A stretch of DNA of 64,000 nt, from sequence record NZ_CP041325.1; one strand, given 5' to 3'. Positions within the stretch are counted from its first letter, which is position 1. The number at the start of each line of letters is the position of its first letter. Shown one piece after another: positions 31,693-41,608 of the stretch. A program made the translations under genes and the position numbers. Source of the DNA: a plasmid. Under the pieces are notes generated by a model, which was not told the origin of the DNA, made no database searches, and was given only the letters and a program-made list of their open reading frames with translations.

Positions 31693-33663
31693 TTATAGAA
31701 GCGTCCGTAAGTCTTCTGCTTCTTTTTCTTTCAGTCGGTCTTCAATGGTTGGTTCCGGCGTTTCCTCTTCTACGGGCCATTCTTCTTCAAATTCATCAAA
31801 TCCCAAATCAAAGAGCTCCGACTGATCAATCTCCTCTTCGATGATTCGGGTACCGCCGGAAGCTGCGGGTGGCGTTAAATCTGGCAATTCTTCCGGCTCC
31901 TCTGCAAACTGCACAGCTCCCAAGCTCTTGGGTTCTGGAGAAGGTGCCGGCTGCTTTCCTTGGAACTGTTCCACGTAATTTCCGAAAACTTCTGATTGCC
32001 ACGCTTTCTGCAGCTTCATCGGGTGAAGGCCGCTGACAAATAGGTAACAGTCGTTTCGGGAAATGCTGGCCAAGTCCCCTTCTGGAATCAAGGAACGTTT
32101 GACATATTGTTCCGACTGACTCCGGCTGGCGCTTGATTTGCCGCTCATGAAGCCGCCGCTTTGGCTTGAAGAGCCGGTCTGGATTTTCGCGGTGGTTTCC
32201 CCGGCAAGCTGCGAGAAGTACTTGATGGTTTCCATGTCTTTGCTTCGCAGGTACAACAACGTATCATGGTTGGACAAAATCGAGCGGGCCATTTCTTTTC
32301 CGTAAATGGATTCAATCTGGCCATTGTCCTGCACAATGGTATTCATCGATAAGCCAAGTCCCCGGCAGGTAGCAAGGACCCTTCCGTACTTCTCGATTTT
32401 TCCGATGTTCGCAAATTCATCCAACAAGAAGATGGTCGGGATTTTTAGTTTCCCTTTGTTTTCATCCGCCATCCTATAGAACTGGGAAATCAACTGATCA
32501 AAGAACACCGAAGTCAACGCAGTGAAGGGATTCTCGTCCATCGGCAGCTTCACATATAGTATGCTTTTCTGCTTCTGGAATTCCCGGAAATTGAAATCGC
32601 TTTTACGCGTCATGTCGCTGATTTTCTTCAACGTAAAAATGCTGACCTGTGAAGCGAAGGATGATGTAACACTCGCTCTCGTGTTGCCGCCAAGCGTCGT
32701 CAATCCTTTCAGCAGTTCGTAAGCTGGATGCCCTTTTCCGAGCTCCTCATCCACCCATTCTCGGAAGGTTTCTTCATCAGGTGCCACCTTTTCATTAAAG
32801 ACATCCAACACATCCTGCATGCTGGCACCCGGAATTTCCGTCTTGCAGTAAACGATCAAGCCGGCGAGCATCTTCTGTGCCCGTTCCATGAAGAAATCCT
32901 CTTTCCCGTCTTTCGTCGAGTTCTTCGCAATGGTCACCGATACACTTTGGGCATCCTGATCATCGAATACATAATCAAGCAGGTTGTAGCCGTCTTGGTT
33001 GAAATTAATAAAGTCAATTTGAAAGACCTGATAGCCTTGCTCTCGCTTGATTGCGGCTGTCTGGTCGAAGAGTTCCCCCTTTGGATCGGTGACAATCAAC
33101 GTTTCCTCTTTGTTATTGAGCAGGTTTGGAATGACAAAGGACTGGCCTTTCCCACTACCACTGGATCCGACAATGTAGACGTTCCGGTTGTCGATTTCGG
33201 TTGACCGAGGAATGACAAGTACTTGTTTCTTTTCCGGTACACGGCCCACAATCAATCCGTTTTCCAAAGCACTTAAGGTCTTTTCCGGTTGAGAAGGATA
33301 AAACTTATTCTGCTTCGAAAAGTGTTTCGCATTGATTACTTCATGCGGTTGGGTGAAACGTGCCGACCCGTGAACACCGAAGTCATGCGCATCTTCGTAT
33401 CTTTCTTCAAATAATCGTATTTTTGATAGGAACCATCCGAGGAAGACAACACTCAGCACTCCGACCAACAGCTGCGTCTGACGGTCCGCTTGTTCCGTGA
33501 TAAAAGATAAGGTGCCGGATACATCCAGAAGGATGGCATTCAAGTCCCCTTTCTCGTTGATGAAACGTAGAAACCCCGTCAGCACATAGCCGACCAATAA
33601 AGAAAGGAGGACGGCAATGCCGATTTTTACTCCCGCCCCTTTTTGCAGTTTCTTTTTCGCCAT
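31693..33663 (-). CDS. type IV secretion coupling protein (VirD4/TraG/TraD family T4CP)
   Basis: Two N-terminal TM helices, Walker A VGSSGSGKGQS, Walker B IFLLDEFAN, acidic C-terminal tail. 656 aa. Confidence 0.85.
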   Translation of the reverse strand: MAKKKLQKGAGVKIGIAVLLSLLVGYVLTGFLRFINEKGDLNAILLDVSGTLSFITEQADRQTQLLVGVLSVVFLGWFLSKIRLFEERYEDAHDFGVHGSARFTQPHEVINAKHFSKQNKFYPSQPEKTLSALENGLIVGRVPEKKQVLVIPRSTEIDNRNVYIVGSSGSGKGQSFVIPNLLNNKEETLIVTDPKGELFDQTAAIKREQGYQVFQIDFINFNQDGYNLLDYVFDDQDAQSVSVTIAKNSTKDGKEDFFMERAQKMLAGLIVYCKTEIPGASMQDVLDVFNEKVAPDEETFREWVDEELGKGHPAYELLKGLTTLGGNTRASVTSSFASQVSIFTLKKISDMTRKSDFNFREFQKQKSILYVKLPMDENPFTALTSVFFDQLISQFYRMADENKGKLKIPTIFLLDEFANIGKIEKYGRVLATCRGLGLSMNTIVQDNGQIESIYGKEMARSILSNHDTLLYLRSKDMETIKYFSQLAGETTAKIQTGSSSQSGGFMSGKSSASRSQSEQYVKRSLIPEGDLASISRNDCYLFVSGLHPMKLQKAWQSEVFGNYVEQFQGKQPAPSPEPKSLGAVQFAEEPEELPDLTPPAASGGTRIIEEEIDQSELFDLGFDEFEEEWPVEEETPEPTIEDRLKEKEAEDLRTLL

Positions 33664-33692
33664 GTTTGTTCACACCTCTCTTTTTCGATTTT

Positions 33693-35760
33693 CTACAGCT
33701 CGATTTCCAGACCCAGGTGACGCCGCATTCGGGTATTCCGTCCTTTGCGGTTCAGCTTTGAAAGTTCCCCTGGATCTTTTTCATAACTGTTTGGATGTGC
33801 GGCCTGCCGGACCAAATTATCCAGTAATTCCGTACTTGCCTGGCCGCTCGGAAAATGTCCGGTTTGTTGCTGGTCGATAGTCAAGCGCTGATAGAATGAG
33901 CCGCTTTGCTGATTTCGATAATTTACAAAAGAAGCATGGCGTTTTCTCCTGTTCTTTCAAAGCGGCATGTAAACACACTTTGAAAGAAGGTTCTTTCTGG
34001 AAAGCCGCTTCTTTTGCGAAATGCTTTAATAAATCGGCTTTCATTTCAAGCGGCAGCGCCTCCGTTTTTTCGCAGCAAACGCTCTTTTGCATGAGGGAAT
34101 TTTTCCCGGGCAAGATCGTTCAACTGTTTATCGAAATGCATCGCTTTTTTCTTGATATCGCTCCACCAGCTTCTGCGCTGTATTGAGCTTCACCGATGTC
34201 TCATAAAGGGCGTCCAGGTCTTTGCCAACCTTCAGCAACTTTTTCTTTTTCATTTCCTAATTTGTTTCGGACGAGTGACTGAATCCGGATGCTGTCACTT
34301 ACCTTCTCCGCTTGGCTGCATACCTTTTTCAGTTCGTGCAGCTGCAATCGATGATTCATTTCATGAGACGGTGGAACCCGGTGCCATTCTCCGTTTTTCA
34401 TCGCTTCAAGGAGTTCCGCTTTGAAGTCGGCAGTCCGATCATTGTATCCATAGCGGTCTTCGATATCCGGATACAGTTCATTGAACGCATTGTGCACTAT
34501 TAAGCTCTGTACCCGGAAGCTTCGTTCCAAATGAGCGGTGACGGTTTTATTGGTTTGCTTTTTCTTTTTCCGCCGCTTCGGCAAGCTTTTCAAACGTCTC
34601 TAAACGTTCAGTAAAGACGGTTAAGAAACCTTTGACGGGAAATCCTTGGTCTTTCACAGTGGCAACGTTTCGGTTCTGGTAAGCGCTGTGAGTTGCGTTC
34701 AAAATGGCGTGCATGACGTCAGTTTTCACTTGCTTAGGTTCCAACGTGCGCTCTTCCCAGCGATAGAGTCCTTCCAGCTGTTTATGAACTGCCTGGAACG
34801 TCACATTCTCCTTTTAAGCGGCCCTCCATAAAGCGCATGCTCTTTTGATAATCCGTGTCCAGATGCTGAGTTACTTCCACAGAATGGCGATGAAGAATGG
34901 ACTGAACATCAACTGATTTCTGCTTTTCCGTAAGGAAGGAAATCTTCTGATTGAGCTGTTTGATTTCGGCGTTGGTCTTCCGGATTTCCTGGTTCAATTG
35001 GTGGTAAAAGGTCTTCGCTTCCAGTCCTTTTTTTCTCCATTCGTTTGACATACTGGTATTCGTTTCGTTCCAATCGGACTTCCGGTATCCGGTCCAGCCC
35101 CTGCTCTTCAAAGGAAAGCGCAGAAACGGTTTTCTTGATGCCGTGTTCCTTAAAAGTCTGGTTGATGGCTTCGGCATAATCGAGCCGCCATTGGACGAGG
35201 GTTTCCCGTTCATTCCAATTTGTCGAAGAAACCGTTTGGAAAACTTTTTCACCAGTATCGTTTCGGAGGATCTCACCGTCTTGGTCGTATTCATATTGGC
35301 GGACTTTCTTGTTCCCCCAGCTGCCGTCTTCATTGAACGGACGGACAGTCAACAAAATATGCGCATGGGGATTATGTGCTTTGTCCCGGTGAATGGAGAC
35401 ATCCGCTACCATGCCGGCATCGACAAATTCATTTTGAACGAACCGCTGAACAAGTTTGTGCTGCTGATCCGCGGTCAATTCAATTGGCAAAGCGATAAGC
35501 ACTTCACGGGCCAACTGAGCATTCCAGGCTTTCTCTACCTTTTCCACTTCGTTCCACAGTTTTTCACGGTTGAGTGTCCATTCAGGTGCATGGTCAGGCT
35601 TGAGGATGAAAGAGACCGGAGCCACTTCCCTCTTCCGGAAGCTTTTCATCTCTTCGTCCCTCTCGGAATACAGCTCTTCTCCGCTCCGGTAACTGGCACT
35701 GGCCACAGCGGATTGATTTTTTTTGCTGATGATGTTGGCTTGCAGTCGGAAATAGCTCAC
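33693..35760 (-). CDS. MobA/MobL-family (MOBQ-type) conjugative relaxase; interrupted by at least 5 frameshifts (true pseudogene or read errors)
   Basis: N-terminus MSYFRLQANIISKKNQSAVASASYRSGEEL (catalytic Tyr region), HNPHAHILL 3-His motif. Six overlapping ORFs tile about 686 codons. GTG start with RBS AGAGGTGAG. Confidence 0.8.
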
Positions 35761-35854
35761 GTTCTCTCACCTCTTTTTTTTCTTCTCTGTTTGCTTCTTC
35801 TGTTTTAAAACATCCGAAGGCGACAATAAAAGACCGGAGGTTCTTTTTCCCAGG

Positions 35855-35869
35855 CACCACGAAGTGGTG
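35855..35869. promoter_or_regulatory. candidate oriT element: perfect inverted repeat CACCAC-GAA-GTGGTG in the relaxase/DUF3847 divergent intergenic region
   Basis: Position (immediately upstream of the relaxase gene) and perfect 6-bp inverted repeat. The nic site cannot be identified by eye. Confidence 0.3.
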
Positions 35870-35990
35870 TATAACTGGGCACTCTCCCTTTGGGTTCGGA
35901 TTTATTATAGCATAATATTTCCTTTTTTCTCTAGATTTATTTTACTTATATGTTAAAATATTTATATATAAATAAAAAAGAGGTGAAAAC

Positions 35991-36224
35991 ATGGTAGACA
36001 ATATTGAAAAGATCACAAGCATTGAAGAACAGATCGAGAAGTTGAAAGAGAAACGAAAACTCCTCGAACAGCAAATGCAAAAGAACATTGGTGCAGAGGT
36101 ATTGAGATGTTGGAATGTGGAATCTGAACAGGATGCAATGGAGTGGATTCAAAGATTAGCGGCTCAAGTAAACGGAAAAGAAGAACTTGCTGAAGAGTGG
36201 AATGGCCATGAACAGCAATCGTGA
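35991..36224 (+). CDS. small coiled-coil protein, DUF3847-like relaxosome accessory protein
   Basis: Divergent from a MobA/MobL relaxase, as DUF3847 genes usually are. Coiled-coil (IEKITSIEEQIEKLKEKRKLLEQQ). Confidence 0.5.
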   Translation: MVDNIEKITSIEEQIEKLKEKRKLLEQQMQKNIGAEVLRCWNVESEQDAMEWIQRLAAQVNGKEELAEEWNGHEQQS

Positions 36225-36450
36225 TACCCTGGCCAAGTCGGAGGAACTGAAACAGCAAATCAGTGGCCTTCAGAAAAGAAAGAAGCAGCTTCAAAATGAA
36301 GCGAAACGACGGACCAGTTGGGAAGAGCGGAAAGCACGAACGAAACGGCTGATTGAGACAGGAGCCCTAGCGGAGAAATATTTTGGCATGGAGAAGTTCT
36401 CGTTGGAAGAAAGAGAAAAAAGTGTTCCAGACTTTTTCTGCTTTTATTAA
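36208..36450 (+). CDS. DUF3847-like small protein (second copy)
   Basis: LAKSEELKQQISGLQKRKKQLQNEAKRRTSWEERKARTKRLIETGALAEKYFG matches the DUF3847 pattern (coiled coil plus ERKARTxRLIExGA). Confidence 0.55.
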   Translation: MNSNRDTLAKSEELKQQISGLQKRKKQLQNEAKRRTSWEERKARTKRLIETGALAEKYFGMEKFSLEEREKSVPDFFCFY

Positions 36451-36532
36451 AAAGTAAGTTGAGGTCCAAGGAGTAAGTGAGATATTAATTTAGGGTTAGT
36501 TGCATTGCGTATCAATATAATCAAAGAAAAAA

Positions 36533-36562
36533 GACTTAGAGCTATCTGCTCTAAGCCTTTTT
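36533..36562 (+). terminator. rho-independent terminator after the DUF3847 genes
   Basis: Stem CTTAGAGC / GCTCTAAG, loop TATCT, followed by CCTTTTT. Confidence 0.55.
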
Positions 36563-36563
36563 C

Positions 36564-36665
36564 AGCTTGTTTAATGGCAATGAAGTAAGCGTAAATTATA
36601 CTTATGGCGAAGAAACTAACCATGCTGTTTTGCAAGCAATGAAAATTCGGTATTTAGGAGAGTAA
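36564..36665 (+). pseudogene. orphan 3' fragment homologous to the C-terminus of the 27120..27485 gene
   Basis: Translated FNGNEVSVNYTYGEETNHAVLQAMKIRYLGE* vs FSGNEVSLDFSYGDETNNAVLQTMKLRFWGN* (19/31 identical). No start codon or RBS. Confidence 0.5.
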
Positions 36666-36900
36666 AATTGAATAGGTACTAAAGTATAAATCAAAGGGAG
36701 TTTTAAATTATTAATATCATTGAAGACGTTCAGAATAAAATCGACCAACTTAAAAAAGATAAAGAAAAAATGTATGCTGGTGCTCAATTTGAGAATCAAT
36801 TAAACGGAAAAGTTAAGGGATTAGAGATTTTGGAACAGGAAATTGATAAAGTTCTTCAGCATAAAGAAAAATAATTTTTCGTTTATAAGGAGGAATTTCA

Positions 36901-37203
36901 TTGAAAGAAATACAATCTAATTTCATCGTAAAAGGCTATAAAAATGGAAATTGCTATTACATCGTAAAAACTGATGATGTTGCTTACAATGTTTATCAGC
37001 AAACCGATCCCGATGAAAATTTTACGGTGAAAGATTACAAATCTGTTCTACCAAGTCTTAAGTCATTACCAGATGAAGAAATGATCGTTTCTATGCCGAA
37101 AGAAGACTGCACAGCGTTTTTGATGCTTAATCACATAGATATACAAAAAATGAACTTGTTCCGAATTGGTTTGAAAGAAGAAGAAATTCTTGTAAATTCA
37201 TAA
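36901..37203 (+). CDS. hypothetical protein (100 aa)
   Basis: Clean ORF; TTG start with RBS AAGGAGG upstream. Confidence 0.4.
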   Translation: MKEIQSNFIVKGYKNGNCYYIVKTDDVAYNVYQQTDPDENFTVKDYKSVLPSLKSLPDEEMIVSMPKEDCTAFLMLNHIDIQKMNLFRIGLKEEEILVNS

Positions 37204-37333
37204 ACATCAAAAGCTTTCCCAATAACGGGAAGATCTTTTTTATTGCAGTTAAAAGAAGAGATTCAACTCTTAAGCAAAATCTGAAAAAGAGTGATACCAA
37301 TAATCAGAAAGTTAAAGAAAAAGGAGACTCTCT

Positions 37334-37606
37334 ATGAAAAGTACAGGCATTGTAAGAAAGTTAGACCAACTAGGAAGAATCGTTATTCCGAAAGAACTTA
37401 GAAAAGTGTTAGATATAAATGAACGTGACCCTCTCGAAATATTCATTAATGAGGAATTAATCGTATTAAAGAAATACTACGTAAAAAACGCCTGCATCGT
37501 TACAGGAGAAATTTCAGATGAAAATAAAGAATACGCTCCTGGACTCATTTTAAGTCCTAGAGGTGCTGAAATGGTTCTTAATATGCTAATGCAAGAAACG
37601 AAGTAA
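37334..37606 (+). CDS. AbrB/SpoVT-family transcriptional regulator (swapped-hairpin N-domain), paralog of 55479..55730
   Basis: TGIVRKLDQLGRIVIPKELRKVLDI matches the AbrB-N signature. RBS AAAAGGAG. Confidence 0.7.
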   Translation: MKSTGIVRKLDQLGRIVIPKELRKVLDINERDPLEIFINEELIVLKKYYVKNACIVTGEISDENKEYAPGLILSPRGAEMVLNMLMQETK

Positions 37607-37993
37607 AAATATAAATCGTTGCGGCCCTATACCTTGTTGACGGTGTAGTTTTTTTTCTGTAATACTTTAAGTAATTTTCTATTTAAAAATAATAGACAAA
37701 AAGAAAATACACGCCATTAACGGCGAGCATCTTCTTTTATATTCGCTTCTAATTATTTTATTTTTTTTAAAAGGATTTGAGAAAATCTAATATTTTAAAT
37801 ACAGAGGTTCTTGATTAGCTTTAGAATTGTTTATTTTATTCTTTAAAACTGCCAATAAACTTATGATATGTAACCCTATATCCTTTTGAAATTCAAGCTT
37901 TAAAGCCTTATAGAACAACGTTTTGAATGTATCTTTTCTCTAATGAAACCATTACAGTATGATTTTCTGGTGAAATCAATGGAATCAAGGAAC

Positions 37994-38027
37994 TGAATGT
38001 AACTTAATTTAGATTAAGTTACATTCA
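37994..38027. repeat. palindrome copy 1: TGAATGTAACTTAAT-TTAG-ATTAAGTTACATTCA
   Basis: Perfect 15-bp arms. Copies 2 and 3 are at 38661-38698 and 39489-39522. Confidence 0.8.
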
Positions 38028-38040
38028 AATTTTATGTGAA

Positions 38041-38620
38041 TCACTCTACAACCAGATGGAAACGCTCAGTCTCTTGCAGAAAGTCTTCCCTGGTAAGCTG
38101 TTGGCCTGAAATATTTTGCCGATAAGAAGTGATAGTCCCGTCATGCGTGACAATATAGATTTTCTTGCGTTGAAAGCTCCGGCAAAAATCAATGAAATCT
38201 TCGATCAGTAGGTTAAATTCATTATCAGGTAGAACATTAATGCCTGTTGACCATAACGAAGAAGCAAGATTTGGGACAGGAACAAAAGAAGGGAATTCAT
38301 CTTGAACTCTTTCTAAATCAAGCAATTCATCACATGGCAATGTTTTTGCAGCCAATCGTGTAGGGGAATATACGGGGCGCTGCCAATGGATGCACCACTT
38401 TATTGCACTCTATGTTTTCACTCCAGATCGAGGCGGTTTGGAGGGTTCTTAAAGTTGGACTAACAATTAAAATGTCTTCCCGAGTTAACGGAAGAGTGGA
38501 TTTTAAATTTTCCGCCTGCAGCCTCCCTTGTACGGTTAACGAAGGATGACCCAATTGCAAACTTTCCGGTAAATTCGTTGTATGTTCGCCTTGTCCATGA
38601 CGAATAAAAATCAATTCCAC
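38041..38620 (-). CDS. histidine phosphatase-family protein (phosphoglycerate mutase-like, RHG motif); one frameshift near 38340
   Basis: N-terminus MELIFIRHGQGEHTTN (the catalytic RHG motif). Two contiguous ORFs. Confidence 0.6.
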
Positions 38621-38660
38621 TTTTCTTCCCCCCTAGTAACGACTCTTTTATTTAATTGAA

Positions 38661-38698
38661 ACTGAATGTAACTTAATTCACAATAAGTTACATTCAGT
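38661..38698. repeat. palindrome copy 2: ACTGAATGTAACTTA-N9-TAAGTTACATTCAGT
   Basis: Same 14-15-bp arm sequence as copy 1 with a different spacer. Confidence 0.8.
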
Positions 38699-38709
38699 TA
38701 AAGATTTTT

Positions 38710-39438
38710 TCAAGTCAGATGTTGATTGCCATGAAAAATGTTTAGAATGAAATCTTTTTCCGGGACTGCTAGCCTTTCATAGCCTGCTAAAAAATCTTGA
38801 TTATTGTAACGCACTTCTTCCAATTCGACCTTGAGATCGTCAGTCGTTATCGAAATTGTGGCGTATCTCGCAAAGGGCTTGTCGTGACATCCAAGCGATC
38901 CGGGGTTTAAATATATTCTGCTTTCTGATGAAAAAAAGTGCACGGGATGATGATGGCCGAAGCTTATTAAATCAAATGGAGAATCCCTATAAATATCATG
39001 AAGTTTTTTGGCAGAAGGCTCAGTGTCAATGGCTATAAATTGCTTCTCGGCATCCAAATGATAATGGGTAAACAAGAGTTTCTTACCTTCGTACTCCACA
39101 ATTAATTCTTTCGGTAATTCGACGATGTAGGGAATAAATTTTTTATCTAGACGATTTGCTAGCCATTCATGATGAATTTTTTCCCCACCTTGGCTAACAC
39201 TTTCTTTCCCTTCTAAAATCGCTATGATTTCTTCTTCATGGTTTCCCATCACAAAAGATATATCATTTCTAGAAAAAAGAATTTCAAGAACTTCATTTGT
39301 TTCATAACCAATTCCAACCATATCCCCTATACAGTAAATATGATTTATTTCGGGATTTTGATCTATTTCATTCAATACCGCGAGCAAAGCAGCACTATTC
39401 CCATGTACATCTGTAATTACAGCGATTTTTGTACTCAT
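38710..39438 (-). CDS. calcineurin-like metallophosphoesterase (YfcE/MPP family)
   Basis: Metal-ligand motifs DVHGN, GDMVG, GNHE, and a downstream His cluster (FGHHHPVHF). Confidence 0.75.
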   Translation of the reverse strand: MSTKIAVITDVHGNSAALLAVLNEIDQNPEINHIYCIGDMVGIGYETNEVLEILFSRNDISFVMGNHEEEIIAILEGKESVSQGGEKIHHEWLANRLDKKFIPYIVELPKELIVEYEGKKLLFTHYHLDAEKQFIAIDTEPSAKKLHDIYRDSPFDLISFGHHHPVHFFSSESRIYLNPGSLGCHDKPFARYATISITTDDLKVELEEVRYNNQDFLAGYERLAVPEKDFILNIFHGNQHLT

Positions 39439-39488
39439 GAAATCATCCTCCGTTTCCTTCCATTTCTTCTCAGAGTTTCATTGATTTT

Positions 39489-39522
39489 TGAATGTAACTT
39501 ATCTGCACATAAGTTACATTCA
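39489..39522. repeat. palindrome copy 3: TGAATGTAACTTAT-CTGCAC-ATAAGTTACATTCA
   Basis: Same arms as copies 1 and 2; about 50 nt upstream of the phosphoesterase start. Confidence 0.8.
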
Positions 39523-39692
39523 AATCCTAGTCTTCGCCCCAAAACTTCTACTTGGAATTTACCGGCCCTTTTTTCAATTCGTCCAGGTCGGTTTGCAGCT
39601 GATGAAACATAGCCAATAGCTGTTTTTATCGTTCCTGGCTCTTTTCTTTTGTTCTTTTGAAGTCTTTTACTACTGCTCAGATAAATTAGAGC

Positions 39693-40094
39693 TTAGCAGG
39701 ATTTTATGGACTGTAGAGCACGAATAGCACTTGTTGCATGCTCTCCCCAATGCATTTTAAGACCGAATTTCCAGTGCCATACCGCTTCTAGTTCATGACC
39801 GTGCTCATATAAAATTAACCCTTTCTTAATCTCGCTGTATATATCTGTAATATCGTCCTCAAGACAACCTTTTACCGGTGTTGTATCGCAATAAGGATTG
39901 AATATCTCCAGGTATACGTTATAGCTTTTAAATTCTACTTTTGGCAGCGGAAACTTCAAATCGATTGAATGTTCTTCTTTAGGTTCTACTTCTGGTAGCT
40001 CTAGTGCTTTTGCGTATAGTTGAGAAAGGCTTTTTAAAAGTTTGCTCAAATTCTCCTTCTCTTCAAAAAGAAATGTGTGAATCGATAAAGTCAC
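39693..40094 (-). CDS. hypothetical protein (133 aa), possibly DUF5063-like
   Basis: Clean ORF; C-terminal WHWKFG...HWGEHA motif. Domain assignment is from memory only. Confidence 0.4.
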   Translation of the reverse strand: MTLSIHTFLFEEKENLSKLLKSLSQLYAKALELPEVEPKEEHSIDLKFPLPKVEFKSYNVYLEIFNPYCDTTPVKGCLEDDITDIYSEIKKGLILYEHGHELEAVWHWKFGLKMHWGEHATSAIRALQSIKSC

Positions 40095-40235
40095 AATAAG
40101 TCGTAGCAGTAGTTACAAATGCTCTCACTTCTTTACTTCGCATCCCCTACTCCCCTTTCTTTCAAAAAGACGGCAGTTCTTTTTTAATCGATATTTAATC
40201 TCCTATCACGAATACCTTTCTCATGTTTATTAATT

Positions 40236-40414
40236 CATTGTAAGAAATAATCCCCTACTGCTCCTTTTTTTAATTCAATGATGAGCCAATCTTCTACTGT
40301 ATTTAGCTGTAAAAGAGATAAATGTTCTTCCGCTTCCTCTTTGTTGTGAAACAACTTTTCCTCGTTTTCTTCCATCAAAACAACACCGTTGGAAGATCTA
40401 ATTATGTAACGCAT
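40236..40414 (-). CDS. possible small protein (about 59 aa, MRYIIRSSNGVVLMEENEEKLFHNKEEAEEHLSLLQ...)
   Basis: Strong RBS AAAGGGGGGAAGG 4 nt before the ATG. Below the ORF-track length cutoff. Confidence 0.3.
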
Positions 40415-40563
40415 ACCTTCCCCCCTTTAGATTGTCTTATCTTAATGAATAAGTCTTAAAAGCAGTAATGGGCTTTAGGGTAATTATGTATTTGAATGAC
40501 AATCAAACTCTATAATCTTTAGCCCCTAAACTTGTAAACATGATTTAAAAACTATTTTACATT

Positions 40564-40619
40564 CGCATGCAAGTATGCGCATATACTAGCATGCATGCAT
40601 ACGCATATGCTTGCATGCG
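40564..40619. repeat. ATGC-box array A: about 7 tandem 8-bp units (NNNNATGC)
   Basis: ATGC/ATAC boxes recur with 8-bp phasing (GCATGCAAGTATGCGCATATACTAGCATGCATGCATACGCATATGCTTGCATGC). Confidence 0.8.
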
Positions 40620-40669
40620 AAAAATAAAAAGTTTGCTGATTTAAATTATTGAAAAATACCCTATCAGAA

Positions 40670-40706
40670 GTAGAAATATCTACCTTACAAAGGTGGATAT
40701 TTCTAC
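40670..40706. repeat. inverted repeat GTAGAAATATCTACC-N7-GGTGGATATTTCTAC (copy 1 of 2)
   Basis: 15-bp arms, one mismatch; a second copy is at 41349-41385. Both lie about 50 nt after an ATGC array. Confidence 0.7.
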
Positions 40707-41233
40707 TTTTCTTGAATTTGTTTGTAATAAGAAACAAGCAAAAGGAATTCAAACTTTATTAGCTTAAACCGAAAATTTATTTGAAGTAGGGTATGTAACG
40801 GTTATTTTGTATTTGAGATTTGTTTAATGGTTATTTCTTCTTCCACCGTCAATACAAAAAGTAATTGAACTTTCAACGACATTATCCTTTTGCTATAGAA
40901 AATGAAAATCCCAAATAAAGAAGATGAAGCACATTTAATAGCTATTACAAATGAATTTTTTTCTCCTTTAAATATAAGCAACTTTATTACTCGAGCTCAA
41001 CACTTACTGTTTATCTTTAAGATCACTTTAAACATATTCCCTTATATGTATTGGAATTCCTGCGTTACTATATTCCCTCCGCGATGTTTAGTATGAAAAT
41101 CAAAATCGCTTATTCTTTTTAACCTGCGAGTACAAATAATCAGCTGTAATGAAAAATTTTGCTATTGCAATTCCAATAAAACAGTAACTCTTGTCCTCCT
41201 CTCCTTTTAAAAGAGAAGACGAATCTTACTTTT

Positions 41234-41306
41234 TGTATACGTGTATACATGTATGCGTGCATGCACATATGCAAGCATGCACGTATGCGCGCATACGAAT
41301 AAAGCA
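41234..41306. repeat. ATGC-box array B (about 9 units)
   Basis: Same 8-bp phased YATGC boxes. Confidence 0.8.
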
Positions 41307-41348
41307 AAAATGATAGTATGTTCTAGAATACTCATCCAATAGCATAAG

Positions 41349-41385
41349 TAGAAATATTCACCTTTGTGAGGTAGATATTTCTACT
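41349..41385. repeat. inverted repeat GTAGAAATATTCACC-N7-GGTAGATATTTCTAC (copy 2 of 2)
   Basis: Near-identical to 40670-40706. Confidence 0.7.
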
Positions 41386-41544
41386 TGCTGCAACTCTCAA
41401 CAGGATAAGTAACGTATATAAAATTCTGGATGATTCTTCAAAGATGTATAGAAGAGAAGACGCTGTTATAAACAGAAGTGAATACTTGGCTGGTTAACAA
41501 CTGCTACTGGCAGCTATACTTTAATCAATTGAAATTTTCACTAG

Positions 41545-41608
41545 TCATATACAAGTATGCGCATATGCTAGCATGCGTGCATGCACGTATACATATATGC
41601 AAATATAC
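41545..41608. repeat. ATGC-box array C (about 8 units)
   Basis: Same motif family, about 290 nt upstream of parA. Confidence 0.8.

Noticed and set aside
33693-35760. Calling the relaxase a definite pseudogene
   Set aside because: Frameshifts occur throughout the window at homopolymers, so the at-least-5 shifts here may be read errors. It is reported as a CDS with a caveat.
36707-36873. Possible 55-aa coiled-coil ORF (INIIEDVQNKIDQLKKDKEKMYAGAQFENQLNGKVKGLEILEQEIDKVLQHKEK) after RBS AAAGGGAG
   Set aside because: An in-frame stop just upstream leaves only ATT/ATA as possible start codons. It is plausible as a small protein with a non-canonical start, but is too uncertain to annotate.
40902-41096. 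64-aa plus-strand ORF between ATGC arrays A and B
   Set aside because: Weak or no RBS, and it lies in a repeat-rich noncoding region. Likely a chance ORF in AT-rich DNA.
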